A DNA stretch of 64,000 nucleotides. It comes from Nitrososphaeria archaeon (GTDB lineage: Archaea > Thermoproteota > Nitrososphaeria > JACIWG01). The notes beneath the pieces are model-generated. The model searched no databases. It saw only the letters and a list, made by a program, of their open reading frames with translations, and was not told where the DNA came from. Made by a program: the position numbers and the translations under genes. Below are positions 40,266 to 50,635 of this stretch, piece after piece; positions within the stretch are counted from its first letter, which is position 1, and every line of letters starts with the position of its first letter. The stretch lies in assembly GCA_963760525.1 (NCBI GenBank), contig CAVXDT010000003.1, positions 18,448-82,447 of the forward strand. Reading direction: 5' to 3'.

Positions 40266-40425
40266 AGTCAATTAGCAGATGAAACAGTCTATTAGAACGA
40301 TTGTTCTAGTCTTAAAATAATAACAGCAGAGATTGTATCCACAGGCTTCAGACTTCTTCAACCATAGGCTCGTTCTTGTGAAGAATTCTTAAATATGCGT
40401 AGCGGAAGGCATTTTCGATAGATTA

Positions 40426-41571
40426 ATGGCCATTGGTATCATATCATACTCTCACACTAATTATGGCGTTCTAAAAGATGACACTCCCGAACTAGTCAAA
40501 GGGGTTGTCGAAGGTGCTCTTAGTAAGGTGGATAAGGGTATCGACCCAAAGGAAATAGATCTAATAGTGACCAGTTGTGTAGATAACCAATTTTCAAACC
40601 AACATCAGACAGGCACACTGGCTTGGAGATATCTTAAGAACCCAGATGCGAAAGGTTTCAAGGTTGAAGCAGCATGTGCAAGTGGCAGCCTAGCCTTATT
40701 TGTTGCAAAAGAAATGGTTAGAGCTGGCTTTGTAAAGAACGCGATGATAGTAGGGTTCGAGAAGATGAGTAATATCCCAACTGATAAGGTGACATCAATA
40801 CTCATAAGGGGTGGTTCACCTGAAGAAAGAATGATAGGTATAACCCAGCCCGCAGCATATGGTTTTATGGCAAAATTATACATGGAAAAGTATGGGGCAA
40901 CAGAAGACGACTACGCCCTTGTAGCAGTTAAGAACCATGATAACGCTATGCGAAATCCGTGGGCTCAATTCCACAAGAAGATAACTATCGAAGACGTCAA
41001 GGGCTCCAGAATGATAGCATCACCAATAAGGCTACTTCATTGTAGTCCGATATCTGATGGAGCAGCAGCGATAATATTAAGTGGAGAACCTAAAAAGTAC
41101 ACAGACACGCCGGTTTACATAAAGTCAATGGCAGTTGCACATGACACTCTGGGAGTGTTCGAAAGAGCTGATCCGACCTTCATATCAGCATCTAAGAAGG
41201 CTGCTGATGAAGCTTACATGAAGGCTGGTCTCAAACCGAGCCAGATTCAGTTTGCTGAAGTCCATGACGCCTTTGCTCCAGCTGAAATACAATTATATGA
41301 CGCGCTTGGATTCTCTGACAAAGGAGAAGGTTATAAACTGATAAGGGATAATGTGACTTCTTTCAGTGGCTCTCGTCCGGTAAATGTTAGTGGGGGACTG
41401 AAAGCTAAAGGTCATCCTATAGGTGCAACAGGTGTTGGCATGATGATTGAAATGTTTCTACAGTTGCGGAATGAGGCTGGTGAAAGGCAGTTACCCAACC
41501 CCGAAATTGGTCTTGTCGAGAATCACGGTGGTACAGGCGCTGTAGCTGCTGTGACTATTTTCGGAAAGTGA
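40426..41571 (+). CDS. Archaeal-type thiolase (acetyl-CoA acetyltransferase / SCP-x-like)
   Basis: Active-site Cys context VEAACASGS, C-terminal NVSGGLKAKGHPIGATG and a VENHGG region. 381 aa. Confidence 0.85.
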   Translation: MAIGIISYSHTNYGVLKDDTPELVKGVVEGALSKVDKGIDPKEIDLIVTSCVDNQFSNQHQTGTLAWRYLKNPDAKGFKVEAACASGSLALFVAKEMVRAGFVKNAMIVGFEKMSNIPTDKVTSILIRGGSPEERMIGITQPAAYGFMAKLYMEKYGATEDDYALVAVKNHDNAMRNPWAQFHKKITIEDVKGSRMIASPIRLLHCSPISDGAAAIILSGEPKKYTDTPVYIKSMAVAHDTLGVFERADPTFISASKKAADEAYMKAGLKPSQIQFAEVHDAFAPAEIQLYDALGFSDKGEGYKLIRDNVTSFSGSRPVNVSGGLKAKGHPIGATGVGMMIEMFLQLRNEAGERQLPNPEIGLVENHGGTGAVAAVTIFGK

Positions 41572-41577
41572 GACAAG

Positions 41578-42534
41578 ATGGCCAGACTGATAACATACTC
41601 ACACATATATATTGTCCCTCCTCCTTTCAAGACGACCTACGCTGTTGGCATAGTTGAAGATGAAAACGGTTTAAGACATCCTGTCAGAATAGACAACGAG
41701 TTCTTTAGCATTCTGAGAAGTGGTATGGAAGGAGATTTGGTTAAGAAGCAGACCGACTTTGGAGAAATGGAATTTTTCACCCCCAAAGTTGATAAAAAGG
41801 AAATCGAAAAAGTTGCCCTTGTCACGGGGGCTACAAGAGGAATTGGGAAAGCAATAGCAATTGAACTTGCCAAGAAAGGATTCAACATTGTCATAAATGA
41901 CGTTGAACTTCCGGATGAAGGAAAACAGGCGTTAGAAGAGATAGAGAAACTTGGAAGAAAAGCTTTATTCATCAAGGCTGATATCTCAAAATACGAAGAA
42001 GTTGATGCAATGATAAAAGAGGTAGAAGAGAAGACAGGCAGAATATTCGCGTTAGTCAACAACGCAGGCATAAACATCGACAAGCTCCTCACAAACATGA
42101 CGCCTGCCATGTGGCAAAAGGTAGTCGACATAGACTTGACAGGAGTGTACAATTGCACGAGAGCCGTGATACCATATATGATAGAACAAGGAGGTGGAAG
42201 AATTGTAAACATGAGTTCCCAAGCAGCATTTGACGGGCCTATTGCCCAAGCTAATTATGCGGCAGCCAAGGGTGGAATAGTATCATTCACGAGGGTCATC
42301 TCAAGAGAATACGCACAGTACAACATATTGTGTAACGCTATTGCTCCAGGGTGTGTTAAGACTAGAATGACAGATGCTATCCCTCTTGGAGCACTGAAAG
42401 AGAGGATTGCTAACATTCCACTCGGCAGAAGAGCTAATCCGGAGGAAGTTGCAACTGTAGTCGCGTTCTTAGTGACAGAAGGGACATATGTAACTGGTCA
42501 AACAATAAAAGTCAATGCAGGCGAATATTTCTAG
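41578..42534 (+). CDS. Fusion protein: DUF35-type OB-fold domain (N-terminal about 75 aa, no zinc ribbon) plus short-chain dehydrogenase/reductase (FabG-like 3-oxoacyl reductase)
   Basis: The N-terminus ARLITYSHIYIVPPPFKTTYAVGIVEDENGLRHPVRI...GMEGDL resembles the DUF35 OB-fold. It is followed by the SDR cofactor motif VTGATRGIGKAIA, NNAG and the catalytic YAAAK. The start lies 6 nt after the thiolase stop. Confidence 0.7.
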   Translation: MARLITYSHIYIVPPPFKTTYAVGIVEDENGLRHPVRIDNEFFSILRSGMEGDLVKKQTDFGEMEFFTPKVDKKEIEKVALVTGATRGIGKAIAIELAKKGFNIVINDVELPDEGKQALEEIEKLGRKALFIKADISKYEEVDAMIKEVEEKTGRIFALVNNAGINIDKLLTNMTPAMWQKVVDIDLTGVYNCTRAVIPYMIEQGGGRIVNMSSQAAFDGPIAQANYAAAKGGIVSFTRVISREYAQYNILCNAIAPGCVKTRMTDAIPLGALKERIANIPLGRRANPEEVATVVAFLVTEGTYVTGQTIKVNAGEYF

Positions 42535-42555
42535 AAGCAAACGAAGGGAAAACAG

Positions 42556-44121
42556 ATGACATCAAAAATCGTTTCAGCAGAAGAAGCCATACTATGCATA
42601 AAAGATGGAGACGTAGTTGCAACAAGTGGTTTCACAGGGCAATGTTTTCCCCAAGAGCTTACAAAAACGCTTGCTGAACGATTCCACAAAACTGGAAGCC
42701 CTGTCAACTTAACGTTGATGTTCTCAGCCGGGCAAGGCGGTGGGAAAAGCGACATCGGTTTAGACACGTTAGCATACGAAGGACTAGTTAGGGAATTGAT
42801 ATTCACCCACTGTGGATTACTTCCGAAGATAAGTAGACTGGTCATGGATAATAAGGTTCTAGCATATAATATGCCACAAGGCGTCATATCCCAACTATAT
42901 AGAGAGATAGCTGCGAGGAGACCTGGACTGATCACACATGTCGGATTACACACTTATATTGATCCAAGAGTTGAAGGGGGTAAAGTCAACGAGCTAACAA
43001 GGAAAAGTCCTGTTAACCGTATAGAACTTATCAATATTGATGGGAATGAGTTGCTTTTCTACAAGTCCGTTCCCATCAACATCGCCCTTCTAAGGGGAAC
43101 AACGGCTGATGAGAAAGGAAACATTTCAATGGAGAAAGAAGGAAACATATTGGAGCCTCTCTCAATGGCGCAAGCAACCAAGAACAGTGGGGGAGTTGTT
43201 ATAGTGCAAGTAGAAAGGATAGCAAAAGCTAACACACTCCAAGCAAGAACAGTAGAAATACCTCATATATTAGTAGACAAAATTGTTCTTTCAAAGCCAG
43301 AGAACCATATGCAGACTTTTGTCGAGCAATATGATCCAGCTGTAAGTGGGGAAATTAGAATTCCAGTGAACCTCATTTCCGGAAAGCCTCTAGATGAACG
43401 AAAGATAATTGGACGTAGAGCGTTGATGGAACTTAAGCCAAATCAGATTGTTAACTTAGGAATAGGGACGCCAGAAGAGGTTGCATCGGTTGCTGCTGAA
43501 GAAGATGTCTTCGAGACATTCACGCTCACAGTCGAATCAGGCATAATTGGTGGTGTCCCATTAGGTGGGATGAGCTTCGGAGTAGGAGTTAACTTTGATG
43601 CTCTAGTTGACCAGCCTTACCAGTTTGACTTCTACGATGGTGGTGGATTAGACATCGCGTTTCTAGGTATGGCGCAACTGGACCAGAAGGGTAATGTTAA
43701 TGTGAGTAAGTTTGGTGGCAGATTTGTTGGCTGTGGAGGTTTCATAAACATTACACAAAATACTAAGAAGGTTGTTTTTGTTGGCACCTTTACATCTAAA
43801 GGGCTTAGAGTAAAGGTGGAGAAAGGTAAACTTAGAATCTTAGAGGATGGTAAGATAACAAAGGTTGTAAGGCAGGTTGATCAGATAACATTCAGTGGAG
43901 ACTATGCTAGAAAACAGGATAGGGAAGTTCTTTATGTGACAGAGAGGGCAGTGTTTAGACTATCTAACAATTCTATCATATTGGAAGAGATTGCGCCCGG
44001 TATTGATCTAGAAAAAGATATATTGAGTAAAATGGAGTTTAAGCCAGAGATTTCTGATAAAATAAAGTTTATGGACAAACGGATATTCATAGAAGATAAA
44101 ATGAAATTAAGAGTTCAATAG
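42556..44121 (+). CDS. Acyl-CoA:acetate/3-ketoacid CoA-transferase (fused alpha/beta, YdiF-like)
   Basis: 521 aa with the family I CoA-transferase layout. SGFTG at the N-terminus and a glutamate-containing LTVESGIIGG segment are present. Lies 21 nt after the preceding gene. Confidence 0.75.
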   Translation: MTSKIVSAEEAILCIKDGDVVATSGFTGQCFPQELTKTLAERFHKTGSPVNLTLMFSAGQGGGKSDIGLDTLAYEGLVRELIFTHCGLLPKISRLVMDNKVLAYNMPQGVISQLYREIAARRPGLITHVGLHTYIDPRVEGGKVNELTRKSPVNRIELINIDGNELLFYKSVPINIALLRGTTADEKGNISMEKEGNILEPLSMAQATKNSGGVVIVQVERIAKANTLQARTVEIPHILVDKIVLSKPENHMQTFVEQYDPAVSGEIRIPVNLISGKPLDERKIIGRRALMELKPNQIVNLGIGTPEEVASVAAEEDVFETFTLTVESGIIGGVPLGGMSFGVGVNFDALVDQPYQFDFYDGGGLDIAFLGMAQLDQKGNVNVSKFGGRFVGCGGFINITQNTKKVVFVGTFTSKGLRVKVEKGKLRILEDGKITKVVRQVDQITFSGDYARKQDREVLYVTERAVFRLSNNSIILEEIAPGIDLEKDILSKMEFKPEISDKIKFMDKRIFIEDKMKLRVQ

Positions 44122-44428
44122 CTTTAAAATCCAAAGTCTACAAGCTAATGTTAGAGTCCCCCTTAAGAAGCTAGTTTTATCTTAAGAACAGTCATTTCCA
44201 ATGTTTCTTTATTTAATGCTCCAACATTTAATATATTTTGGGATGACCTATAACCTTTTTTGGGGAACCACTATTACTCATTCTATCTAACACGATCTCT
44301 GAAATATAGCTCTAGGGCATAACTCCAAGGAAATACCTACTGTAGAAGAGTAGATTTATCTTATAGGAATCTTATAGGATAATTAAGTAAGCTTAGCACC
44401 TTCTTGGAAATGATAGTTAGAAATAATA

Positions 44429-45202
44429 TTACACATCCATACCATACTTGGGAATATCTGCTCTTGGATAGATTGCCATTTTAGGTATAATCACTTTCTT
44501 GTCTCTCGTAGCAACGAAAAGTATCGCATCAGCTATGTCTTCAGGTTCGATTGCGCTTTCCCATATTTCTTTTTTCTCTTTAGTCCATCCTGTACCCATT
44601 TCGAAACCTTTTCTATAGGTTTCTGTCTTTACATGTGATGGGACAATAGCACATACACTTATCCCTTTTTTCTCGACTTCCTTCAACAGTACTTTACTCA
44701 AGCCCATTAATCCGTGTTTCGCCGCCCTATAAGATATGCCGCCAGGTGTAGAGGCAATAGTGCCTGAAGTCGAGGACACATTTATGATCTTCCCTTCTTC
44801 CTGACTTTCCATTATTTCCATCGCTCCTTTGCAGCATAGAAAAGCACTTGTTAGGTTGAGTGCGAGGATATAGTCCCATTCTTCTAACGTAGTATCTTTT
44901 ATTGAGGGAGTAAAAGTCCCTCCACCAGCGTTATTGACAAGCACATCGATTCTTCCAAACTTCTTTCTGATTTCATTGAAAAGGTTCTTTATCTGTTCCC
45001 TATCTGTAAGGTCAGTTTGAATATACATACACTTTCCTCCGGCTTTCCTTATCTCTTCAACCGTCTCCTTCAACGCAGTTTCGTCACGAGCAACAATTAC
45101 TACATTTGCTCCGCTTTCGCTGAATTTCTTTGCTGTTGCCTTACCAATTCCCTTGTTACCACCAGTTATTACACAGACTTTATCTTTTAGACTGTATGTC
45201 AT
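44429..45202 (-). CDS. Short-chain dehydrogenase/reductase
   Basis: ITGGNKGIGKA cofactor motif, NNAG and catalytic YRAAK. I preferred the ATG at 45202 (MTYSLKDKVCVITGG) over the TTG at 45211. Confidence 0.85.
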   Translation of the reverse strand: MTYSLKDKVCVITGGNKGIGKATAKKFSESGANVVIVARDETALKETVEEIRKAGGKCMYIQTDLTDREQIKNLFNEIRKKFGRIDVLVNNAGGGTFTPSIKDTTLEEWDYILALNLTSAFLCCKGAMEIMESQEEGKIINVSSTSGTIASTPGGISYRAAKHGLMGLSKVLLKEVEKKGISVCAIVPSHVKTETYRKGFEMGTGWTKEKKEIWESAIEPEDIADAILFVATRDKKVIIPKMAIYPRADIPKYGMDV

Positions 45203-45389
45203 ATTATCCAATAATTTCTGTAATAAGTTATTTAAGTCTTAGAACAAAATTGGCTGTAAATAGATTAGCTGACTAACAACTTCCAAAACACAGATTTATT
45301 TTGGAAACATTAGAAAAGGAAGGAGTATTTAACTTTTGCAAGATTGGATACTTGAAGAATCATAGTCCTTTGCGTTGTCATTTAGGTAT

Positions 45390-45875
45390 TTACTTCGTGA
45401 CTAAACCGAGTATTTCTGAAAGCTTATGAAGGTCTTCATCGCTAATCCATTCAGTCTTGAGGTATTCGATGATTTGCTCGTCCGTCATTCCTATCCTTTT
45501 GGCCTCAGCTACAGTTGTCTGATAGGCTTCGATTTCCGTAGGCCTGTCCACATAAGCGTATCTATCATCAAATAGCTTTTTGCCTTCTCTGTATTGTTTA
45601 ATATGGTTCAATTCATGAATTATGTCGAGGTATATGTCACTTTCTTTTCCATGTTTCAGATAATAACTGCTGATTATTATGTGGCCATCCTCATCGTTTA
45701 CAGACATATATCCCCATCTCGACGAATAGAACTCTACCTTCAATTCATCAAGTATCTTCTCTGTTTCTTCACCGAAAAGCATTCTAACAGACTCTACCTT
45801 CTCAAATCCGACAAAATAACCTGTGAATTTGTGGAGCCTTATTCTGATGTCGCGATGAATCGTAACATTGTACAA
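45390..45875 (-). CDS. Hypothetical HExxH-motif protein (putative metallopeptidase)
   Basis: IIHELNHIKQ motif followed by EIEAY, a possible third ligand. The start is uncertain (TTG at 45875; an internal ATG gives MLFGEE...). Confidence 0.35.
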   Translation of the reverse strand: MYNVTIHRDIRIRLHKFTGYFVGFEKVESVRMLFGEETEKILDELKVEFYSSRWGYMSVNDEDGHIIISSYYLKHGKESDIYLDIIHELNHIKQYREGKKLFDDRYAYVDRPTEIEAYQTTVAEAKRIGMTDEQIIEYLKTEWISDEDLHKLSEILGLVTK

Positions 45876-46016
45876 TTGGAATCGTTCATGTGCTCAATAA
45901 TAGCTATAAAAAAAGGTTTTTGTTAAGGCATTTCTCTCAAAAGGTTCCCTCTACATATAATTCCTTTTTTTGATATCATTTTCCTTCTTGACATGCTAAA
46001 ATTGAAAGAGATAGGC

Positions 46017-47669
46017 TTAATTCTTGTAGATGTCTGTACCTTTTAATCTTAATTTTTGGAGATAGTAATCTAAACCTTCTACGAGAGTTGCAACACTTGC
46101 TTCGACGACATTCTTTGATGTAGAAGTTGTGCGCCATGATTCCATGCCATCGGTGAATTCTATGAAGACCCTTACTACTGATGCTGTATCTCTTGACACT
46201 TCAGGTAATATGACTTTGTAGTCGATGAGTTTGACATTTTTTAAATGCGGATAGTTTCTCATCAGAGCTTTTCTGAGAGCTGTGTCTATTGCGTTGACTG
46301 GGCCTACTCCTCCACCTCCTTCGACCAGGATGTTGTCTTCAACCTTTACTTTGATAAGACCATAGGCTCTGGAGGTGTCCATATCGCCTTGAGCCACAGC
46401 CATCCATTCAATAACTTCAAAAAGCCTATAATATAGATTAAGGTACTTGAGAAGTAGAAGATATACTGTAGCGTCTGCATTATCAAGCTCGAAGTCCCTC
46501 AGTCCCATTTCTTTTATCTCATTCAGAACTGCACCTACAACATCCAGTTTTTTGTCGAGAGATATTCCCAAGTTCTCTGCCATTTTAGCTACGATTGTAG
46601 AACGTCCACTAAGATCCGAAATAGTTATCAGTCTCTTGTTTCCAATAAGATCAGGATCTATGTGCTCGTAAGCCCTGCTTTCTTTAGTTATTGCATCAAC
46701 ATGGACTCCTGCCTTATGAGCAAAAACGAAATCTCCAACATAAGGCTGGTATGGATTCTTATTGTTCCCACATGCCTCGTAAACTAAGCTTGACAGTTTA
46801 ACCAGACTTTTTAATCTCTGGTTTCTTGGAAGTTTTGTCTTCAAAGTCTTTATTCCAAGTTTAAATTCTAAGTTGGGTAAGACTTGACAAAGATCTGCGT
46901 TGCCAGCTCTCTCACCTATGCCATTAACTGTAACCTGTACATGTGAAGCACCCGACAAAACACCCATTATAGTGTTTGCTACTGCATTGCCTGAATCATT
47001 GTGCATATGAACTCCGAGAGGCTTCTTGATTATTGTGGACACTTGTTTGACAGCTTCCATGACTTGATGTGGTAAAGTACCACCATTCGTGTCTGCCAGA
47101 ACTATCCTGGAAGCTCCATTACTTTCTGCTGTCTTTAATGTCTGAATAGCATATTCATGATCATCTGCATAACCGTCGAAGAAATGTTCAGCATCATATA
47201 TGACCTCCAAACCGTGTTCTCTAAGATAAGTGATACTATCTGCGATCATTTCAAGATTTTCTTCTAAGGAAGCGTTCAGCACTTTCTCACAGTGTAGCTT
47301 CCAGCTTTTTCCGAAGACAACTGCTAAGTCAGAACCAGAACTTAATATCGCGTTTAAACTTATATCGTCTTTAGCTGGAATTCCTTTCCTTCTTGTTGAA
47401 GAGAAGGCTGCGGTCTTGGCATTTTTCAGTTTATAATCATGTACTGCCTTGAAAAGCTCTATATCTTTGGGATTAGAACCAGGCCACCCCAATTCAACAA
47501 ATTCAACACCAAGATTATCAAGTTCAAGAACAATCTTAACCTTACTCTGTAAAGTGAAATTTACTCCTCTAGTTTGGGAACCTTCCCGCATAGTGGAGTC
47601 CAGCACTTCAATGTGAGAAGGTATAGAAAGCGATAGCTTCAATTCATATTTATCTTTTTCTCCAGACAT
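46017..47669 (-). CDS. (R)-citramalate synthase / 2-isopropylmalate synthase family enzyme (LeuA/CimA, with a C-terminal LeuA-dimer regulatory domain)
   Basis: DRE-TIM barrel motifs DSTMREGSQ, ELGWPGSNPKD and HMHNDSGNAVAN. I chose the ATG at 47669 (MSGEKDKYEL...) over the extended ORF to 47738. Confidence 0.8.
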   Translation of the reverse strand: MSGEKDKYELKLSLSIPSHIEVLDSTMREGSQTRGVNFTLQSKVKIVLELDNLGVEFVELGWPGSNPKDIELFKAVHDYKLKNAKTAAFSSTRRKGIPAKDDISLNAILSSGSDLAVVFGKSWKLHCEKVLNASLEENLEMIADSITYLREHGLEVIYDAEHFFDGYADDHEYAIQTLKTAESNGASRIVLADTNGGTLPHQVMEAVKQVSTIIKKPLGVHMHNDSGNAVANTIMGVLSGASHVQVTVNGIGERAGNADLCQVLPNLEFKLGIKTLKTKLPRNQRLKSLVKLSSLVYEACGNNKNPYQPYVGDFVFAHKAGVHVDAITKESRAYEHIDPDLIGNKRLITISDLSGRSTIVAKMAENLGISLDKKLDVVGAVLNEIKEMGLRDFELDNADATVYLLLLKYLNLYYRLFEVIEWMAVAQGDMDTSRAYGLIKVKVEDNILVEGGGGVGPVNAIDTALRKALMRNYPHLKNVKLIDYKVILPEVSRDTASVVRVFIEFTDGMESWRTTSTSKNVVEASVATLVEGLDYYLQKLRLKGTDIYKN

Positions 47670-48005
47670 GAGTTGGCAGGGTCTAAAAGAATATGCGTAT
47701 ATAACTCTTATCTTAGAGAAGTTATTCGAATACAGCATGCTAGTAGATGATTAGATTCGAAGGCCTAATGTCTTTTTCGCAGTTTCTTTGTATTCCTACT
47801 ATTATTTTTTTATCAATCTAGTCTCATTTATCTTATTCAAATAGAGTTAATCGTACTTTCTAATGACAATCTTAATGATATTATCTTTGATCATAAATAC
47901 ATCTATTGCTATTTCAGAACAAGATATGGGAACCTCTACTATAGCTAAAATGTTACTCTGTCTTCTAGAGAGATAAGTATTAACGTAAGCTTTTTAAGAA
48001 TTAAT

Positions 48006-48650
48006 TTGGCGTATGCTATGACAAAATATCCAATTGTTGAGCCTTATCATATAACCTTTGAAATAGATAATAAGCGATGCAAGACCTTAAAAATGTTTGC
48101 ACAATTAGGGATCCAACATTTTGAGCTAACTGACATCAGAGGTTACACTCCTGGACTAACAAAGCATTTAGTCAAATTATCTAGAGAACAATTTAAAAAA
48201 ATGCCCAGAAGTTCATATAAGGCGCAAAAAAATGGAAAATACGAAGGGGAGGCATCCATATGGCTTGACAGTGATGGATGCGATGTTTGTAATACAATAA
48301 TGTCATGTGGTGCTTTTCTAATTTCGGGAAGAAATGTCAAAGAATACACAATTATATATAGTTTTGTGGCACCCAATTTCAATGCTTTCAAGAACATTAT
48401 TTCTGCAATAGAAAGTACTGGTTTAAAGCCTAAGATATTAGAAGTAGAAAAATATATCCCAAAAGGCGAGATTTTAACAAAGAAACAAGAAAGCGTATTA
48501 TGGTTCGCATTTAACATGGGCTTCTTTGACTATCCTAGAAAGATCAACTCGATAGAGCTTTCAAAAAAGCTTGGAATTAGTGTATCAACATTGTCAGAAA
48601 TTACAAGGAGAGGGATGCATAGGTTATTGAAGCATAAATTTGAGACTTAG
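48006..48650 (+). CDS. HTH_10 (bacterio-opsin activator-type) DNA-binding protein
   Basis: C-terminal LTKKQESVLWFAFNMGFFDYPRKINSIELSKKLGISVSTLSEITRRGMHRLL matches the Bat-type HTH domain. TTG start, with an ATG at 48018. Confidence 0.65.
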   Translation: MAYAMTKYPIVEPYHITFEIDNKRCKTLKMFAQLGIQHFELTDIRGYTPGLTKHLVKLSREQFKKMPRSSYKAQKNGKYEGEASIWLDSDGCDVCNTIMSCGAFLISGRNVKEYTIIYSFVAPNFNAFKNIISAIESTGLKPKILEVEKYIPKGEILTKKQESVLWFAFNMGFFDYPRKINSIELSKKLGISVSTLSEITRRGMHRLLKHKFET

Positions 48651-48813
48651 AAGTTCTTTGATGTTCTAATTTTGTGATTAAAGTGGTGCAATTTTCAGAT
48701 ATTAGCCAGATTATTGAAATAGAATAAATAATGAAGGTTAAGTAAGGTTTTTAGACGCGGTCTATTATAAACATATGAACGATTTATATAAACACGGTTC
48801 CAAGGAATCAAAC

Positions 48814-50106
48814 ATGAATACTAAGATAAAGAATGTTCATGCGAGAGAAGTTTTTGATGTTAAGAACTTGCCTGCAATAGAAGTTGATGTGATATTAGAA
48901 GACGGAAGCGTAGGCAGAGCTATTGCACCTTCAGGGACTTCCAGAGGTTCTAATGAATCATATGATCTTAGAGACGGAGAACGTTTATACTTTAATGGAA
49001 TGGGTGTACAGAAAGCCATAAATAATGTTAACATAGAAATTGTCAAATTACTAAAAGGAAGAGATGCTACTGACCAAAAGCAAATAGATGAACTAATGAT
49101 TAAACTTGATGGTACAAAAGACAAGTCAAGGATAGGAGGGAACGCGATTATAGGAACTTCAATAGCTAATGCCAAAGCTGCAGCTGCATCATTAAGAATT
49201 CCACTCTTTGAACATCTTGGAGGTGGAAGAGAGTTTCCGATACCTTGGTCTCTCGTTATGATAGGTGGACCCATTTATGCTGGCGTAGATTTTAAGACTT
49301 CAGACTTCCAAGAGTTTGCATACTATGCATTGAGTGCAAAAAGCTTCAAGGAAGGCTATATCTCTACCTTGGAAGTGTACAAAGCCCTATGTAATATTCT
49401 ACTTAAGGAAAAAGGGTATGTTCAGCCTAGGCTGGGTGGAGGATGGCTTGCTCCAAGGTTTTCTTCAAATGATGAAGCTTTGTCAATTATAACTAGAGCA
49501 ATCGAAAAAGCAGGATATGCTCCTGGAAAGGACTTTGCGATATACATTGATGTTGCAGCAAGTCACTTCTACAAGTATGGCATGTACACACTAAAGGCAG
49601 ATGGGAAGACAGTTACATCAGAAGAGATGATAGATATATTGGAAGACATATGTAGAAGCTATCCTGTGATAAGTTTTGAGGACTGTTTAGACGAAGAAGA
49701 TTGGGAAGGATGGAAGAAACTTACCAAGAGACTGGGGCGAAAGGTGCAACTTGTAGGAGATGACTTCTTCACAACTAACCCGCAAAGGCTAAAGAAGGGT
49801 ATAGAAGTTGGAGCAGCAAATGCCTTAGTAATCAAACCAAACCAGATAGGAACCCTATCAGAAACTATCCAGACCATAAAGATCGCCAAAGCCGGAGATT
49901 ATGGAACAGTTCTTTCTGCCAGATCAGGAGAAATAGGGGATCCCTTCTTAAGTCACCTGCTAGTAGGACAAAACTTACGACAAGCAAAGATAATCGCACT
50001 AGACTACGATGAGCACATAAGACTGAACGAACTCTTCAGGATAGAAGAATATTTAGGAGAAGAAGCATTGTTCCCAGGACAGAAAATATTTTCCCGCTTT
50101 TTGTAA
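48814..50106 (+). CDS. eno: Enolase (phosphopyruvate hydratase)
   Basis: The N-terminus IKNVHAREVFDVKNLPAIEVDV, SGTSRGSNES, the LVGDDFFTTN metal-binding motif and IKPNQIGTLSET are present. I chose the ATG at 48814. Confidence 0.9.
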   Translation: MNTKIKNVHAREVFDVKNLPAIEVDVILEDGSVGRAIAPSGTSRGSNESYDLRDGERLYFNGMGVQKAINNVNIEIVKLLKGRDATDQKQIDELMIKLDGTKDKSRIGGNAIIGTSIANAKAAAASLRIPLFEHLGGGREFPIPWSLVMIGGPIYAGVDFKTSDFQEFAYYALSAKSFKEGYISTLEVYKALCNILLKEKGYVQPRLGGGWLAPRFSSNDEALSIITRAIEKAGYAPGKDFAIYIDVAASHFYKYGMYTLKADGKTVTSEEMIDILEDICRSYPVISFEDCLDEEDWEGWKKLTKRLGRKVQLVGDDFFTTNPQRLKKGIEVGAANALVIKPNQIGTLSETIQTIKIAKAGDYGTVLSARSGEIGDPFLSHLLVGQNLRQAKIIALDYDEHIRLNELFRIEEYLGEEALFPGQKIFSRFL

Positions 50107-50205
50107 AAAGACTCACATAAACCGCATGAGCGTAATTCACTCGTCCATAACTCTGATTGAACTGAAAAAGGCTTAAATCATGTTAATACCCACAAAATAA
50201 GGGCT

Positions 50206-50628
50206 TTGAGCACAACGGAAAAGGACGGATCAAACATTTTAAGGGGTACCACTCTTAGAGTTTATAACTTCATGTTTAAAATGGGGAAACCTGTAGGAAT
50301 CCACGAACTGCAAAGAGGTCTCGGACTAAGTTCACCCTCACTCGCCCTTTATCATATCAACAAACTTGTTCAAGCTGGTCTCATAAAAGAACAAGATAAT
50401 GGCTATTTAGTCGATAAGATAGTTTTTGCCAACATGATTAGAATAAAGAGGACACTTATCCCCTTTCAAACAACATATACCATATTCTTTACTATAACAT
50501 TAATGATTCTACTAACCTACCTAAGACCGCTTGAAGTGACATCAACTTATGTTTTTGCACTAGTCGTAAATTCCGTTGCAATTGCGACCTCGTTATACGA
50601 AGTTATCAGAGCTCTAAGGAAAATATAG
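50206..50628 (+). CDS. Winged-helix DNA-binding protein with a C-terminal membrane domain, paralog B
   Basis: VGIHELQRGLGLSSPSLALYHINKLVQAGLIKE followed by two hydrophobic helices. Same architecture as 32167..32631. TTG start. Confidence 0.55.
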   Translation: MSTTEKDGSNILRGTTLRVYNFMFKMGKPVGIHELQRGLGLSSPSLALYHINKLVQAGLIKEQDNGYLVDKIVFANMIRIKRTLIPFQTTYTIFFTITLMILLTYLRPLEVTSTYVFALVVNSVAIATSLYEVIRALRKI

Positions 50629-50635
50629 AAGGGAA

